From Octopus bimaculoides (taxonomy: Eukaryota): DNA of 64,000 nt. Within the stretch, counting starts at the first letter, position 1, and each line of letters starts with the position of its first letter. The notes beneath the pieces were generated by a model. It was not told the DNA's origin. It searched no databases and saw nothing but the letters and a program-made list of their open reading frames with translations. This document shows positions 50,215-64,000 of the stretch, piece after piece. The stretch spans positions 3,539,200-3,603,199 of the forward strand of contig NC_069009.1 of NCBI RefSeq assembly GCF_001194135.2. Reading direction: 5' to 3'. The position numbers were made by a program, and so were the translations under genes.

Positions 50215-51831
50215 TGTTGGGAAGTAAGCTTCTTACTACACACACACATACATACATAGACACTCGTTTACACGCGCGCACACACATACTTAATGAAAAA
50301 TTACTTATGTTCAAGTATGCAATTATGTAATTCATTAGTCTGATGCTATCTGCACCATTAATTAGTGTGTTCTGCATTTTATTTTCCTTCTTCAAACGGC
50401 CCAAAACCAACCATGCTCTGTTGATGGTGGTTTGACATAGTGTCTATGTATTTAGAGATGCTTGTGAGTGTGTGTGTATATAAAAATGCTTGTTTGTGTG
50501 TATATATATATATATATGCTTGTGTGTGTATATACATATATANNNNNNNNNNNNNNNNNNNNNNNNNNNNNNNNNNNNNNNNNNNNNNNNNNNNNNNNNN
50601 NNNNNNNNNNNNNNNNNNNNNNNNNNNNNNNNNNNNNNNNNNNNNNNNNNNNNNNNNNNNNNNNNNNNNNNNNNNNNNNNNNNNNNNNNNNNNNNNNNNN
50701 NNNNNNNNNNNNNNNNNNNNNNNNNNNNNNNNNNNNNNNNNNNNNNNNNNNNNNNNNNNNNNNNNNNNNNNNNNNNNNNNNNNNNNNNNNNNNNNNNNNN
50801 NNNNNNNNNNNNNNNNNNNNNNNNNNNNNNNNNNNNNNNNNNNNNNNNNNNNNNNNNNNNNNNNNNNNNNNNNNNNNNNNNNNNNNNNNNNNNNNNNNNN
50901 NNNNNNNNNNNNNNNNNNNNNNNNNNNNNNNNNNNNNNNNNNNNNNNNNNNNNNNNNNNNNNNNNNNNNNNNNNNNNNNNNNNNNNNNNNNNNNNNNNNN
51001 NNNNNNNNNNNNNNNNNNNNNNNNNNNNNNNNNNNNNNNNNNNNNNNNNNNNNNNNNNNNNNNNNNNNNNNNNNNNNNNNNNNNNNNNNNNNNNNNNNNN
51101 NNNNNNNNNNNNNNNNNNNNNNNNNNNNNNNNNNNNNNNNNNNNNNNNNNNNNNNNNNNNNNNNNNNNNNNNNNNNNNNNNNNNNNNNNNNNNNNNNNNN
51201 NNNNNNNNNNNNNNNNNNNNNNNNNNNNNNNNNNNNNNNNNNNNNNNNNNNNNNNNNNNNNNNNNNNNNNNNNNNNNNNNNNNNNNNNNNNNNNNNNNNN
51301 NNNNNNNNNNNNNNNNNNNNNNNNNNNNNNNNNNNNNNNNNNNNNNNNCAGATACCCACCCATGACCCCCCACCCCATCCCTCCACACTGGGGGCCCCCT
51401 AACCACCCAACCCCTTAAACAGAGGACAGATATTTCCAGTTCCTACAAGATTAAATGGAATTTGACATTTAAGAAAACAGTGTCTCACTGTTTCGATAGC
51501 TTTACCGCTTAATTGAGGCCTTGTGTGTGTGTGTGTATATATGTATCTGCATGTATACGTGTGTGCATGCATGCGTGCATGTATGTCTGCATGTATATCT
51601 GTGTGTGTGTGCATTCGTGTGTCTGTACAGACGCACACACAGGCACTCATGGACATGTATATGCCATACACTTATGTATGCACGCATACACTTTTATGTA
51701 TACACATGCTTATGTATGTGTGGGTGCGTGTACACACATGTATATAATCTAGATGTGTACATATACAAGCATATACTCCTATTTGCATAGTACCATTGAT
51801 AAACATGCACACACTAAAACCTATATATATA

Positions 51832-51886
<55 letters not shown>

Positions 51887-52102
51887 GTATATATATATAT
51901 GTATATATATATATGTATATATATATATGTATATATAGGTGGAGGTGTGGCTCTGTGGTAAGAAGCTTGCTTCCCAACCTCATATTTCCGGGTTCAGTCC
52001 CACTGCAGGGCACCTTGGATGAATGTCTTCTACTATGGCCTTGGGTTCACCAAAGCCTTGTAAGTGGATTTAGTTGACAGAAACTGATAGAAGCCCATCG
52101 TG

Positions 52103-52152
<50 letters not shown>

Positions 52153-53719
52153 TATGTCATCATCATCATCATCGTTTAACGTCCGCTTTCCATGGACGAT
52201 TTGACTGAGGACTGGTGAAACCGGATGGCAACACCAGGCTCCAATCTGATTTGGCAGAGTTTCTACAGCTGGATGCCCTTCCTAACGCCAACCACTCAGA
52301 GAGTGTAGTGGGTGCTTTTATGTGTCACCCGCANNNNNNNNNNNNNNNNNNNNNNNNNNNNNNNNNNNNNNNNNNNNNNNNNNNNNNNNNNNNNNNNNNN
52401 NNNNNNNNNNNNNNNNNNNNNNNNNNNNNNNNNNNNNNNNNNNNNNNNNNNNNNNNNNNNNNNNNNNNNNNNNNNNNNNNNNNNNNNNNNNNNNNNNNNN
52501 NNNNNNNNNNNNNNNNNNNNNNNNNNNNNNNNNNNNNNNNNNNNNNNNNNNNNNNNNNNNNNNNNNNNNNNNNNNNNNNNNNNNNNNNNNNNNNNNNNNN
52601 NNNNNNNNNNNNNNNNNNNNNNNNNNNNNNNNNNNNNNNNNNNNNNNNNNNNNNNNNNNNNNNNNNNNNNNNNNNNNNNNNNNNNNNNNNNNNNNNNNNN
52701 NNNNNNNNNNNNNNNNNNNNNNNNNNNNNNNNNNNNNNNNNNNNNNNNNNNNNNNNNNNNNNNNNNNNNNNNNNNNNNNNNNNNNNNNNNNNNNNNNNNN
52801 NTATATATATATATATATAGAGTATATATATAAATTTTGTGTATAGAGAAAGATTTGTGCTTTGTTTGGTTTTGAGAAGTTTTGAGTGAAAGGCCAAGAA
52901 GAGGCCATTAGTCAGCGCCTGGGGCTATAATACAAGACACTTACCCAAGGTGCTGCACAGTGGAATGGAATCCAGCACCTCACGGCTGATAAAAACGAAA
53001 ATGTATGCAAGAATATGGGAATAAATTAAAGCCACAGACACTCTGTTAATATATTCTAATTAATTCATTTGAATATTCATCTAAGGTGTATAATGAAGAA
53101 ATTCTGCTTTACTTAATGTTCTCATGGTGGGGGGATTGTGGTGGAGGGGCTGTATTAAGGCATTGTGTGTGCTGTTATACCTATAGAGTCACCTACATAA
53201 ATTATGTTGATGAGACAAGTTCATCTACATAAATTATGTTGATGACTGCCCTATATAGTCTAGTATCTCTTAGCTGTCTGCTCATCTAGAACTGACAGAA
53301 AACATGTTTATACAAACACACACACACACACACACACATAAATCCATATACATAGATAAACATAAACATACAAACATGACGCCTACGTATGCATATAAAC
53401 ATACTATCGATTGTGTGTGTGTGTGTGTATGTATATACATACACATTCACACATACATAGACACACACACATACATAGACACACACACATACAGAATATA
53501 AAAATGCAGTATGTGCCCACAAAAACATACTCAGTTATGTGTGTGTGTGTGTGTACAGGAGTGGCTGTGTGGTAAGTAGCTTGCTTACCAACCACATGGT
53601 TCCAGGTTCAGTCCCACTGCGTGACACCTTGGGCAAGTGTCTTCTACTATAGCCATAGGCCAACCAAAGCCTTGTGAGTGGATTTGGTAGACGGAAACTG
53701 TAAGAAGCCCGTCATATAT

Positions 53720-53754
<35 letters not shown>

Positions 53755-53884
53755 TGTGTGTCTGTGTTTTTCCCCCCAGCATTGCTTAACAACCAATACT
53801 GGTGTGTTTACGTGCCCGTAACTTAACGGTTTGGCAAAATACACCGATAGAATAAGTACTAGGCTTACAAAGAATAAGTCCTGA

Positions 53885-54730
53885 GGTGAGAAGACCCGGC
53901 AAGCCAAGTGAGACCTAAATCCAAGGCCTCTTCCAGGGGTGTAGCCAGCCCACTTATGCGTACCTTTCCTTCATTGGACACTAAATTCTGCTTGCGAAGA
54001 CCTGTTGAGGCAAGTGAAATTGAAATCGAACTAAATTCGATGACTGGCACCCATGCCAACGTCGTCTCCTTCATTGGACACAAAACTCAGCTTGCGAAGA
54101 CTTATCGGGGCAAGCGAAAGCGAAATCGGGATGGCACCTGTGCCAAGTGTCGCCTTTCTGGCACTTGTGCCCATGGCATGTGTAAGGACTTTCGANNNNN
54201 NNNNNCTTACAAAGAATAAGTCCTGAGGTGAGAAGACCCGGCAAGCCAAGTGAGACCTAAATCCAAGGCCTCTTCCAGGGGTGTAGCCAGCCCACTTATG
54301 CGTACCTTTCCTTCATTGGACACTAAATTCTGCTTGCGAAGACCTGTTGAGGCAAGTGAAATTGAAATCGAACTAAATTCGATGACTGGCACCCATGCCA
54401 ACGTCGTCTCCTTCATTGGACACAAAACTCAGCTTGCGAAGACTTATCGGGGCAAGCGAAAGCGAAATCGGGATGGCACCTGTGCCAAGTGTCGCCTTTC
54501 TGGCACTTGTGCCCATGGCATGTGTAAGGACTTTCGAGTGAGATTGTTGCCAGTGCCCCTGGACTGGTCCTTGTGCGAGTGGCACATAAAATACACCATT
54601 TTGAGCGTTGGCCATTGCCAGTACCTCTTGACTAGCCTTCGTGCTGGTGACACGTAAAAGCACCCACTACACTCTCTCAGCGGTTGGTGTTAGGAAGGGC
54701 ATCCAGCTGTAGAAACTCTGCCAAATCANN
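53885..54730 (+). mobile_element. 5'-truncated RTE LINE with long 3' UTR, nested in SINE A (53556-53884); first part duplicated across a 10-N gap
   Basis: Starts at gtgagaagacccggcaagccaagtga (ORF2 end). SINE A breaks off at aataagtcctg. Confidence 0.85.
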
Positions 54731-57700
54731 NNNNNNNNNNNNNNNNNNNNNNNNNNNNNNNNNNNNNNNNNNNNNNNNNNNNNNNNNNNNNNNNNNNNNN
54801 NNNNNNNNNNNNNNNNNNNNNNNNNNNNCACCATCCACCTCATCACATCTAACACTTAAGGTTGTGGTCAGGTCATGGAAGAGAGGTAGTGGGGTGTGGG
54901 AGAGGGGAGGGAGGACAGTTAGGAGGAAGTGATAACCTAATTTTGTGTTATTGGGAGAGGAGGGAGAGGGGGAAGAGATAGAGGAACAGGGAGAGGAAGA
55001 GAAAGAGAGAAACACAGAGATGTAGAGAGAGAGAGAGAGGTGGGGAGAGAGAGAGAGATGGAGTGAGAATGAGATGGAGAGAGAAAGGGATGAAGAGAGA
55101 CAGAGGGGTAGAGAGAGATAGAGAGAGAGAAGCAAAGAGAGAAAGAGATGCAGAGAGGGACAGAGAAAGAGATGCAGAGAGGGACAGGGAAAGAGAAGCA
55201 GTGTGAGCGTGGAGAGAGATAGACACACAAGATACACACACAAAGGAAAAGAGAGAGAGAGAGGGGGGAGAGAAAGAGAGGGGAGGAGGAAGCTGAGAAA
55301 GAAAGAAACAAAAGTGAAATGTAAAGAAGTAGAAAGAATGAAAGAAACACATAGAAAGAAAATGAGAAAACAAAACAAAAAGCTANNNNNNNNNNNNNNN
55401 NNNNNNNNNNNNNNNNNNNNNNNNNNNNNNNNNNNNNNNNNNNNNNNNNNNNNNNNNNNNNNNNNNNNNNNNNNNNNNNNNNNNNNNNNNNNNNNNNNNN
55501 NNNNNNNNNNNNNNNNNNNNNNNNNNNNNNNNNNNNNNNNNNNNNNNNNNNNNNNNNNNNNNNNNNNNNNNNNNNNNNNNNNNNNNNNNNNNNNNNNNNN
55601 NNNNNNNNNNNNNNNNNNNNNNNNNNNNNNNNNNNNNNNNNNNNNNNNNNNNNNNNNNNNNNNNNNNNNNNNNNNNNNNNNNNNNNNNNNNNNNNNNNNN
55701 NNNNNNNNNNNNNNNNNNNNNNNNNNNNNNNNNNNNNNNNNNNNNNNNNNNNNNNNNNNNNNNNNNNNNNNNNNNNNNNNNNNNNNNNNNNNNNNNNNNN
55801 NNNNNNNNNNNNNNNNNNNNNNNNNNNNNNNNNNNNNNNNNNNNNNNNNNNNNNNNNNNNNNNNNNNNNNNNNNNNNNNNNNNNNNNNNNNNNNNNNNNN
55901 NNNNNNNNNNNNNNNNNNNNNNTAAAAATAATAATAATCTTTTCTGCTCTAGGCACAAGGCCTGAAATTTTGGAGGAAGGGGCCAGTCGATTAGATCGAC
56001 CCCAGTACGTAACGGATGAGAGGCAAAGTCGACCTCGGCGGAATTTGAACTCAGAACATAGCGACAAAATAATAATAATAATAATCCTTTCTAATATAGG
56101 CACAAGGCCTGAAATTGTGGGGGAGGGGGCTAGTCGATTACATCGATCCCAGTACGTAACTGGTACTTAATTCATTGACCCTGAAAGGATGAAAGGCAAA
56201 GTCGACCTAAGCAGAATTTGAACTCAATGTAGCAACAGGTGAAATCCTTCAAAGTATTTTGCTTGGTTAATGATTCTACCAGCTTGCTTGTGTCATCATC
56301 CTCATCATCATTTAATGTCTGTTTTTCATGCTGGCATGGGTAGGACAATTGCCAGTCTATTTTTTTTGACGACTCCACCTTCCAATCACACAGGGATGTT
56401 AATGTCTACCACCACAACATTTCCCCTTTTGAGATTGACTTTGGTTTTTTTTCTACATCACATCTCCCTTTTGAGATTTACTTCTCTTGGAAGCTTAATA
56501 CTTTTTTTGCATTCATCAGGGGATAACTTTTTTAAAAGAAGTCCCATTGCTATATTCTTCTGTGGAAGTTTCTTCATATCTTTAAAAACATGCTGAGAAA
56601 GTAATACCTTCTGAATTATAAACGAACTCACCAATTGAGTTTGCTACAGCGCCCTCTGTGAACAACCCTGAAGTACTTTCAGACTACTTCAACATTAATT
56701 CCAGCAACTGTTGTTGTTGCTGATGCAGCAATTTGTTGCTGCTGTTGCTGTTGCAACTGCACCACACAGGGCAACAAATCCTCCATGTTAACGATTTCTT
56801 TCTTTGTATTCATACCAAAAAATTTGACCGTCTGACGCAAGCTTTGAATATCACATTGTCACTTTTGTATCCTTGGTTGGTTGCGGATATGATTTTAATA
56901 AAACAGGGGTAAAGCAATATATTCACAGATGTAACTTCCGACAACCAACACGGGATCTATTTTAAAACGGGGGCACCAGTATTTTCTTAACAAAACACTT
57001 TGAAACTTGGGACACTGGTAGAAAGTATCATATAAAACATCTTTTACTCTTAGTCTTCTTATCAAAAAAAAGGAATTCGCAAGTTATTCCATGTTAAAGT
57101 TGTCGTATTTCTGTAATTTCAACCAATCACTGACGTCTATTCAGCTCAATAGAGTTACTGCTGGCTGGTCATAAAAATGTTATTCCCTGTGACATATTTC
57201 ATCCGGTTTAATCGTAATTTATACGCATATATTGTTTATATAATNNNNNNNNNNNNNNNNNNNNNNNNNNNNNNNNNNNNNNNNNNNNNNNNNNNNNNNN
57301 NNNNNNNNNNNNNNNNNNNNNNNNNNNNNNNNNNNNNNNNNNNNNNNNNNNNNNNNNNNNNNNNNNNNNNNNNNNNNNNNNNNNNNNNNNNNNNNNNNNN
57401 NNNNNNNNNNNNNNNNNNNNNNNNNNNNNNNNNNNNNNNNNNNNNNNNNNNNNNNNNNNNNNNNNNNNNNNNNNNNNNNNNNNNNNNNNNNNNNNNNNNN
57501 NNNNNNNNNNNNNNNNNNNNNNNNNNNNNNNNNNNNNNNNNNNNNNNNNNNNNNNNNNNNNNNNNNNNNNNNNNNNNNNNNNNNNNNNNNNNNNNNNNNN
57601 NNNNNNNNNNNNNNNNNNNNNNNNNNNNNNNNNNNNNNNNNNNNNNNNNNNNNNNNNNNNNNNNNNNNNNNNNNNNNNNNNNNNNNNNNNNNNNNNNNNN

Positions 57701-57752
57701 NNNNNNNNNNNNNNNNNNNNNNNNNNNNNNNNNNNNNNNNNNNNNNNNNNNN

Positions 57753-57792
<40 letters not shown>

Positions 57793-58425
57793 ACTCTTTG
57801 TATAGATTAGCATATAAACATTGCTTTTGACAAAGTGCATAAATAAGCTATATTCAGCCTGTATGTAAAAGGGTGTCTAAATATATATATATTAATTAGG
57901 GTGTGTGTGTGTGATTGGGGTGGGTGTGTCTGTATATAGATTGTTCTAGTCATAAAAAGTACATAAATAGAATATGTTTAGCGCATATATATATATGTAC
58001 ATAAATACATATAAATTAATGTGTGTGTGTGCGTATATACATATATATATATATATATATGGGTGTAAATGCAAGTATATAGGTATATATAAATATTTAG
58101 TTCTATTCATATACTGTATATAAATAGATAATATTGTACATGTGTCTGCGTGTTTATAATTATAATCTATTTTATTCATAACCCGAGCATGAATATATTA
58201 AGAGTGTGTGTGTGTGAGGGCAGGTGAATGGGTGTATGTGCAAACACAAACATACCAAACATATATATCTACATTCTCTCCTATTCATGTAGAGAACATT
58301 AAAAATATATATATTGTGTATATGTATTTGCATATATTACTGTGCATGCGTGTGTGTGTATATATATATATATAATGCACACACATACCTTTTATTCATA
58401 TACATAGGACATGAAAAAATTACAT

Positions 58426-58472
<47 letters not shown>

Positions 58473-58880
58473 NNNNNNNNNNNNNNNNNNNNNNNNNNNN
58501 NNNNNNNNNNNNNNNNNNNNNNNNNNNNNNNNNNNNNNNNNNNNNNNNNNNNNNNNNNNNNNNNNNNNNNNNNNNNNNNNNNNNNNNNNNNNNNNNNNNN
58601 NNNNNNNNNNNNNNNNNNNNNNNNNNNNNNNNNNNNNNNNNNNNNATATATCATTATCATCGGCTTGACATCCTCTTTTCCATGCTTACATGAATCAGGC
58701 AGAGTTTATTGAATAGATTTTCTAGGGCTGGATGCTATTCCTGTCACCAACCCTCACCTGTTTCCAAACAAAGTAATAGATCCCCATGATCAAACATGCT
58801 CTCAGCAAAATATTGGAAATGAATAACACTTCTTGCCTGAAACGGACACTCATTTACAACTATCAAACCATGTCAAGACA

Positions 58881-58917
<37 letters not shown>

Positions 58918-58919
58918 CA

Positions 58920-59040
58920 TACGAAGGTGAGTCAAAAAGTAATGCCATTTTGTTTAAGACAGGTATAATTACCAACACAGAAAGATGTATCATACATCAA
59001 AATGAAGCTGGTCCTCTGTGGATCACGTCCCTACACCTAT
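58920..59040. mobile_element. Probable mariner terminal fragment
   Basis: TA|cgaaggtgagtcaaaaagtaatgcc resembles mariner ITR starts. Confidence 0.4.
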
Positions 59041-59280
59041 ATATACATACATGAACCAAACTACATCCCATGCACTATGCTTGTCTCTACACCCCTACTC
59101 CTGCAGCTCAATGTCGCTTAGTCATCTCCGCCCCCTGACAACTGTATCATTGCTATTCTGCCATTCCCCTTGTTCACCCCTAACTGCATTTTCTTTTTCC
59201 TTCCCTCCCCCCAGTTGCACTCTTGTGAACTCCTTGCTCACTCACCATCAAATCCTCTATATCCCTCCATTTGCATTCAT

Positions 59281-59470
59281 CCCCTTGTACCCGGCACATC
59301 TCCCGTCTCTTGCTCCAACTGGGGTAACCATGTCTCTACAAAAAGACACCTGTTTCTGTCCCCCCCCCCTCTACAATAGCGTAACCCTTTTGTTACTAGG
59401 TTTCTATTAACATATGCTGCCTTTGCTTCAATTTATTTTTAGAATAATGAAGAATTTAGTAAAATAACTT
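59281..59470 (+). repeat. ~190-bp direct duplication (copy 2 at ~60275-60463) including a piggyBac-type MITE end
   Basis: actggggtaaccat...aaaaagacacctgtttctgtcc...taacccttttgttact...gaatttagtaaaataactt occurs in both. Confidence 0.8.
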
Positions 59471-60697
59471 TCAAATTATTAAGCGGAGTCTTGAACATAT
59501 TAGCATAAAATTCATCACCATCATCATCATAACCATCATCACTATTGTTGTCATCATCATCATGACCATCATCACTATTGTTGTCATCATCATCATGACT
59601 ATCATCACCATTGTTGTCATCATCATGACCATATCACCGTTGTCGTCATCATGACCATTAGCACCGTTGTCGTCGTCATAATGACTATCATCATCACCAT
59701 TACCATCATCACTTGTCATTGTCATCTTGACCACCGTCATCATTATCACCATCGTCATCATCATCACCATCGTCGTTGTCGTCATCGTGCCACTCAGTGG
59801 GACTGAACCCAGAACTTCTTCCCATACAGCCATGCCTGCGCCATCATCATTTAGCATCCATAGTCCATGCTGGCATGGACTGGATGGTTCGACAGGAGCT
59901 GCCCAGGCTCCATTTGTCTGCTTGGGCATGGCTTCTACAGCTTGATGCCCTTCCTAATGCCAACCACTCTACAGAGTGTCCTGGGTGCTTCAGTGTGACA
60001 CCAACATGGGCACTTTAACATATGGCACAGACATGGACACTTGTATGCGTGGCACTAAGATGGGCGTTTTTAGGTGTGGCACCAAGACAGGCACTTTTAT
60101 GTGGAATCAGCATGGACACTTTTACATAGCACCGTCACAGGGGCTTTTCTGTGGCATGAACACCCATCGAGCCTGCAAGACTAGGATTTCTTGGCTGAGG
60201 GAGCGGTGTAGAGGACACGCTTGTATGCATGAATGCTTGTGCCTTGAACTAGACTACCCATGACCCATTACAGTCACCCCTCGTATCTGGCACATCTCCC
60301 CTCTCTTTTTATCTAACTGGGGTAACCATATATCTACAAAAAGACACCTGTTTCTGTCCCCTCTACAATAGCGTAACCCTTTTGTTACTAGGTTTTTTTT
60401 TTAACATGTATTGTCTTTGTTTCAATTTATTTTTAGAATAATGAAGAATTTATTAAAATAACTTACCCAGAAAAATACCACGTATCTCAGGAACCCATGG
60501 TCTGATTTACGTGAAACTCATTTTATTCTGTTTGTATTCACATTTCAATGATACCTTACTCTNNNNNNNNNNTTATGTGCCAGTTTGGCTATTCATAAAG
60601 ATACCCAAAAAAAACTGCATATCTCGGGAACCCATGGTCTGATTTACGTGAAACTCATTTTATTCTGTTTGTATTCACATTTCAATGATACCTTACT

Positions 60698-60919
60698 CTT
60701 TTACTTGTTTCAGTCACTTGATTGTGGCCATGCTGGAGCACCACCTTTTAGTCAAGCAAATCGACCCCAGGACTTATTCTTTGGAAGCCTAGTACTTATT
60801 CTATCGGTTTCTTTTGCCGAACCGCTAAGTTACAGGGACGTAAACACACCAGCATCGGTTGTCAAGCGATGCTGGGGGACAAACACAGACACAAACACAC
60901 ACATACACACACACACACA
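60698..60919 (-). mobile_element. SINE A 3' half (rest in gap)
   Basis: Reverse complement of the reference 3' body. Confidence 0.85.
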
Positions 60920-61664
60920 NNNNNNNNNNNNNNNNNNNNNNNNNNNNNNNNNNNNNNNNNNNNNNNNNNNNNNNNNNNNNNNNNNNNNNNNNNNNNNNNN
61001 NNNNNNNNNNNNNNNNNNNNNNNNNNNNNNNNNNNNNNNNNNNNNNNNNNNNNNNNNNNNNNNNNNNNNNNNNNNNNNNNNNNNNNNNNNNNNNNNNNNN
61101 NNNNNNNNNNNNNNNNNNNNNNNNNNNNNNNNNNNNNNNNNNNNNNNNNNNNNNNNNNNNNNNNNNNNNNNNNNNNNNNNNNNNNNNNNNNNNNNNNNNN
61201 NNNNNNNNNNNNNNNNNNNNNNNNNNNNNNNNNNNNNNNNNNNNNNNNNNNNNNNNNNNNNNNNNNNNNNNNNNNNNNNNNNNNNNNNNNNNNNNNNNNN
61301 NNNNNNNNNNNNNNNNNNNNNNNNNNNNNNNNNNNNNNNNNNNNNNNNNNNNNNNNNNNNNNNNNNNNNNNNNNNNNNNNNNNNNNNNNNNNNNNNNNNN
61401 NNNNNNNNNNNNNNNNNNNNNNNNNNNNNNNNNNNNNNNNNNNNNNNNNNNNNNNNNNNNNNNNNNNNNNNNNNNNNNNNNNNNNNNNNNNNNNNNNNNN
61501 NNNNNNNNNNNNNNNNNNNNNNNNNNNNNNNNNNNNNNNNNNNNNNNNNNNNNNNNNNNNNNNNNNNNNNNNNNNNNNNNNNNNNNNNNNNNNNNNNNNN
61601 NNNNNNNNNNNNNNNNNNNNNNNNNNNNNNNNNNNNNNNNNNNNNNNNNNNNNNNNNNNNNNNN

Positions 61665-61738
<74 letters not shown>

Positions 61739-62799
61739 TGATTTATTTATTTATTAAGTAAAAGGAGGTAGGTCAGAATTTTGGATAATCATTCATTAGC
61801 ACTTTCATCTCATTCGTTTCCCAGACTCATCTGATGATTCTCAGAAACGAACGAGATGAAAGCGCTAATAAATAATAATCCAAAACTCAGACTACCTTTT
61901 TCTTAATATATAAAATCTGTCCATCACTTCAAACAATCTACACACACACAGAGCTTGTGTGTGTGTTTGTGTTCAGATCTGAAAGAGCGCTCAAATGCAC
62001 ACGGCAACACCCTTCTCTCACTCCCTCTCTCGCACACACACACAATCAACATTAAAAGTTTACTCACGTGTGTTCGTCCAACCGTGACGACAGGAAGAGG
62101 AAGAACAACAACAACAACAACAAAAAAAAAAAGAGGAAACGGAAAATAAAAGAAAAAAACACAAAAGGCAACCGTCCCTTCCACACCAACCCACACCCTC
62201 CAAAACCAAAGTGGTTGGTAACCATTTCATAGCCGGCCACCACATCATTATCAAACACCGCTTCAACCAGAAAGCTAAACCCCTGCACCCACACCAAGGA
62301 CTCGGCCCCCTCCCCAGACACCTCATCGCACCACTGTGCACTCTCACTAAGCAATTTCATCCAATTAGCTCATTACGTTTTCATAATATTAATTAATGCC
62401 AAGTGTAGTGGTGGTGGTAGTGGTGGCATGGAGAGAGAGAGGGTGATGATGGTGGCAAAGGCTATTTAGTACACTCACATCAATGTGAGTGTGAGCGAGT
62501 CTCCTGCCCCTCCACTTCCACTGCCTTCCTCTTCTGCTTCTCCTCCTCTTCTTTAATCTGATCTAACAGGTACGTGTTGCTAATTCACAAGCCGGATTGG
62601 CCTCATGTCTGCTATTTATTTCCACTCATCATCCTCATCATCATCATCATCAAAGGCACCCTTATCCTCAAATAACAGTCACCATCATCATCATCATCAT
62701 CATCATTGTTGCTATTGTTAAAAGTACTTATCGGCATGAAAGAACACCAAAATCATTGTCAAAAATGTCATCACCACCACCACCACCACCATCAAAAAC

Positions 62800-63175
62800 A
62801 TCGTTGCCGTCACCATCAAATACGTCATCATCATCACCACCGTCAAATGCACCATCATCACTGTCATAAACATTGTCATCACCATCAAATGCAACATCAT
62901 CATCACCCTCATCACCACTGTCAAATGCACCATCATCATCACTGTCAAAAGCACTGTCATCACCAAATGCACTGTCGTCAAACACACCATCATTGCCATC
63001 AAATGCACCATCACCACCGTCAAATGTACCATCACCACCGTCAAATGCACCATCACCACCGTCAAATGCACCATCACCACTGTCAAATGCACCATCACCA
63101 CTATCAAATGCACCATCACCACCGTCAAATGCACCATCACCACCGTCAAATGCACCATCACCATCACTGTCAAAC
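62800..63175. repeat. 21-bp minisatellite (tcaaatgcaccatcaccaccg) within a CAT-rich tract
   Basis: About 8 near-perfect units at ~63000-63170 with degenerate units upstream. Confidence 0.9.
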
Positions 63176-64000
63176 ACAATCATCATCATCATCATCACCA
63201 GTCAAAAGCACCATCATCATCATCACCACCACCAATACGAAAAACATAGCTATAATATACAGTACAGAAAGTTAGCTGACAATGCACTCCCACAGGGATT
63301 GAACTTCTAACCATATTGTTCCAAAGGAAACTTCTCACTCACACAACCATACCTGCAAATCCAACATCTACTTTTACAGTTCTCTTGAGGTTAAGCCATG
63401 ACTATAATCCTTTACTTCAGTTCTGTATTTTGTTCGCAAGGTTTTTTATGAGAATTCATGTTGAAACAAGACTTGTTGTCTTGGGAGGATCATTATACCA
63501 ACCATAACACAAGCACTGATTCAATATCACTTCTTTATTGTTAGTCATTTGATTAAATAATTGGATATTAAACAAACTAACAATAAAGAAGTGATTTTGA
63601 AACCAGTGCTTGTGCTATTGTTGGTATAATGACCGTCCCAAAGCATAAAAAATAACATTTATATGATAGGGAAACAAAATGGAATATAGTTTAGATTTGT
63701 CTGCTTACCTTAGGAAACAGCAAAAATCCAATATCTTAGAAAAAGAGTTAACAGTTGTAAAGACTGTTTCACATCCAGGAGTATCAACACTTCCCAAATT
63801 TGGTCTCCCACAGTAACAGGAAGTAATCTGGAATAAAGAATAATTGGGATAAAATAATGGTTTGAAACATCTTCAACATCATCAGTACAACACCCCCACC
63901 ACTGTGATGATAACCACCACCACTACCATCATCATCACTCGCATGACAAACACCCCCACCCCCAACCGCTATTGAACCAAGATTTCTAATGCCACCATTA

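Noticed and set aside
53865-54537. Exact ~330-bp tandem duplication
   Set aside because: Identical copies separated by a 10-N gap are a typical unmerged contig overlap.
54250-54657. 135-aa ORF starting at a GTG that overlaps the RTE ORF2 stop
   Set aside because: It lies in the repeat-built 3' UTR, has no recognisable domain, and the segment is absent in the 39.5-kb copy.
60465-60699. Near-identical ~95-bp repeat across a 10-N gap
   Set aside because: The few differences fit two haplotypes placed in tandem by the assembler.

Overview
AT-rich, microsatellite-dense, gap-ridden eukaryotic draft sequence. The repeat landscape looks like an octopus/coleoid cephalopod scaffold (inference, no database search run). 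There is no complete protein-coding gene, rRNA, true tRNA or CRISPR array. Almost all ORF-track entries are microsatellite, N-gap or repeat artefacts. The window is dominated by three tRNA-headed SINE families (working names A, B, D), many 3' ends of an RTE-clade LINE, one L1/Tx1-like LINE 3' end, a decayed mariner transposase, and Tc1/mariner- and piggyBac-type MITEs. It also holds mini/satellite arrays and a few weak candidate minus-strand exons. The most interesting signal is a set of short non-coding elements beside (TA)n tracts that carry minimal type I hammerhead ribozyme (HHR) folds with palindromic stem III, the form associated with Penelope-like element (PLE) terminal repeats. Single canonical-core HHRs lie at 18649-18784(-) and 46933-46990(-). 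A ~500-bp palindrome at 47225-47724 has a central tRNA-derived Pol III promoter and an outward-facing HHR in each arm. A second palindrome at 8391-8669 has HHR folds with the rare G3-C8 swapped core (GUGAACA). All folds were read by eye; ribozyme activity, copy number and novelty are untested.
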